DNA of 64,000 nucleotides from Escherichia coli (GTDB lineage Bacteria; Pseudomonadota; Gammaproteobacteria; Enterobacterales; Enterobacteriaceae): NCBI RefSeq assembly GCF_022846255.1, contig NZ_AP025682.1; one strand, 5' to 3'. Shown piece by piece: positions 63,555 to 64,000 of this stretch (position 1 is its first letter; each line of letters starts with the position of its first letter). The notes under the pieces were generated by a model. It saw only the letters and a program-made list of their open reading frames with translations, ran no database searches and was not told where the DNA came from. The position numbers and the translations under genes were made by a program.

Positions 63555-64000
63555 GTGTTAGCTTTTTGCCGCTCTTCGTTGAAGTCAAAAAAATATTTCA
63601 TCATTTTACTGGCGCTCGCTGCAATTGCCGGACTGGGTACTCATGCCGCCTGGAGTAGCAATGGTTTGCCACGTATCGACAATAAAACGCTGGCCAGACT
63701 GGCACAGCAGCATCCGGTTGTCGTTTTGTTTCGCCATGCTGAACGTTGCGATCGTTCAACCAACCAATGCTTGTCAGATAAAACAGGTATTACGGTTAAA
63801 GGTACCCAGGATGCCCGTGAACTGGGCAACGCTTTTAGTGCTGATATCCCTGATTTCGATCTTTATTCCAGTAATACCGTCCGGACCATTCAGTCGGCGA
63901 CCTGGTTTTCAGCGGGTAAAAAGCTGACGGTAGATAAACGACTTCTTCAGTGCGGTAATGAGATTTATAGTGCAATTAAGGACTTACAAAGCAAAGCGCC
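63555..64000 (+). CDS. ais: Lipopolysaccharide core heptose(II)-phosphate phosphatase Ais (PmrG), 3' end outside window
   Basis: Hand translation from GTG 63555 gives [35 protein letters not shown]..., open to window end; not in ORF track because unterminated. Confidence 0.85.
   Translation, partial: MLAFCRSSLKSKKYFIILLALAAIAGLGTHAAWSSNGLPRIDNKTLARLAQQHPVVVLFRHAERCDRSTNQCLSDKTGITVKGTQDARELGNAFSADIPDFDLYSSNTVRTIQSATWFSAGKKLTVDKRLLQCGNEIYSAIKDLQSKA

Overview
This 64-kb window reads as ordinary Escherichia coli core chromosome, not a novel system. It is the dedA to ais segment (roughly minutes 51-52 of the K-12 map), in reverse orientation relative to K-12 numbering. Gene order: dedA (5' truncated), accD, folC, dedD, cvpA-purF-ubiX, argT, hisJQMP, rpnB(yfcI), yfcH, folX, yfcG, yfcF, yfcE, yfcD, yfcC, pta-ackA, yfbV, yfbU, hxpA(yfbT), yfbS, yfbR, alaA, lrhA, the 13-gene nuoA-N operon, yfbM, yfbL, rbn, elaA, elaB, menFDHBCE, pmrD, arnFETDACB and ais (3' truncated). 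Almost every ORF-track protein is recognisable from memory with the expected length; no database search was possible. I found no tRNA/rRNA genes, IS elements, integrases, phage genes or CRISPR arrays. What departs from the K-12 reference is strain-level: yfbN-yfbO-yfbP are absent between nuoN and yfbM, elaD and yfbK are absent between rbn and yfbL, and yfbL is split by a frameshift. The most interesting leads are a 34-codon ORF with a canonical Shine-Dalgarno in the rbn-yfbL gap, and a strong internal SD+ATG inside rpnB that would make a 53-aa C-terminal protein. Several regulatory sites (PurR box, sigma54/NtrC elements, PmrA box) and REP elements are called from sequence motifs.
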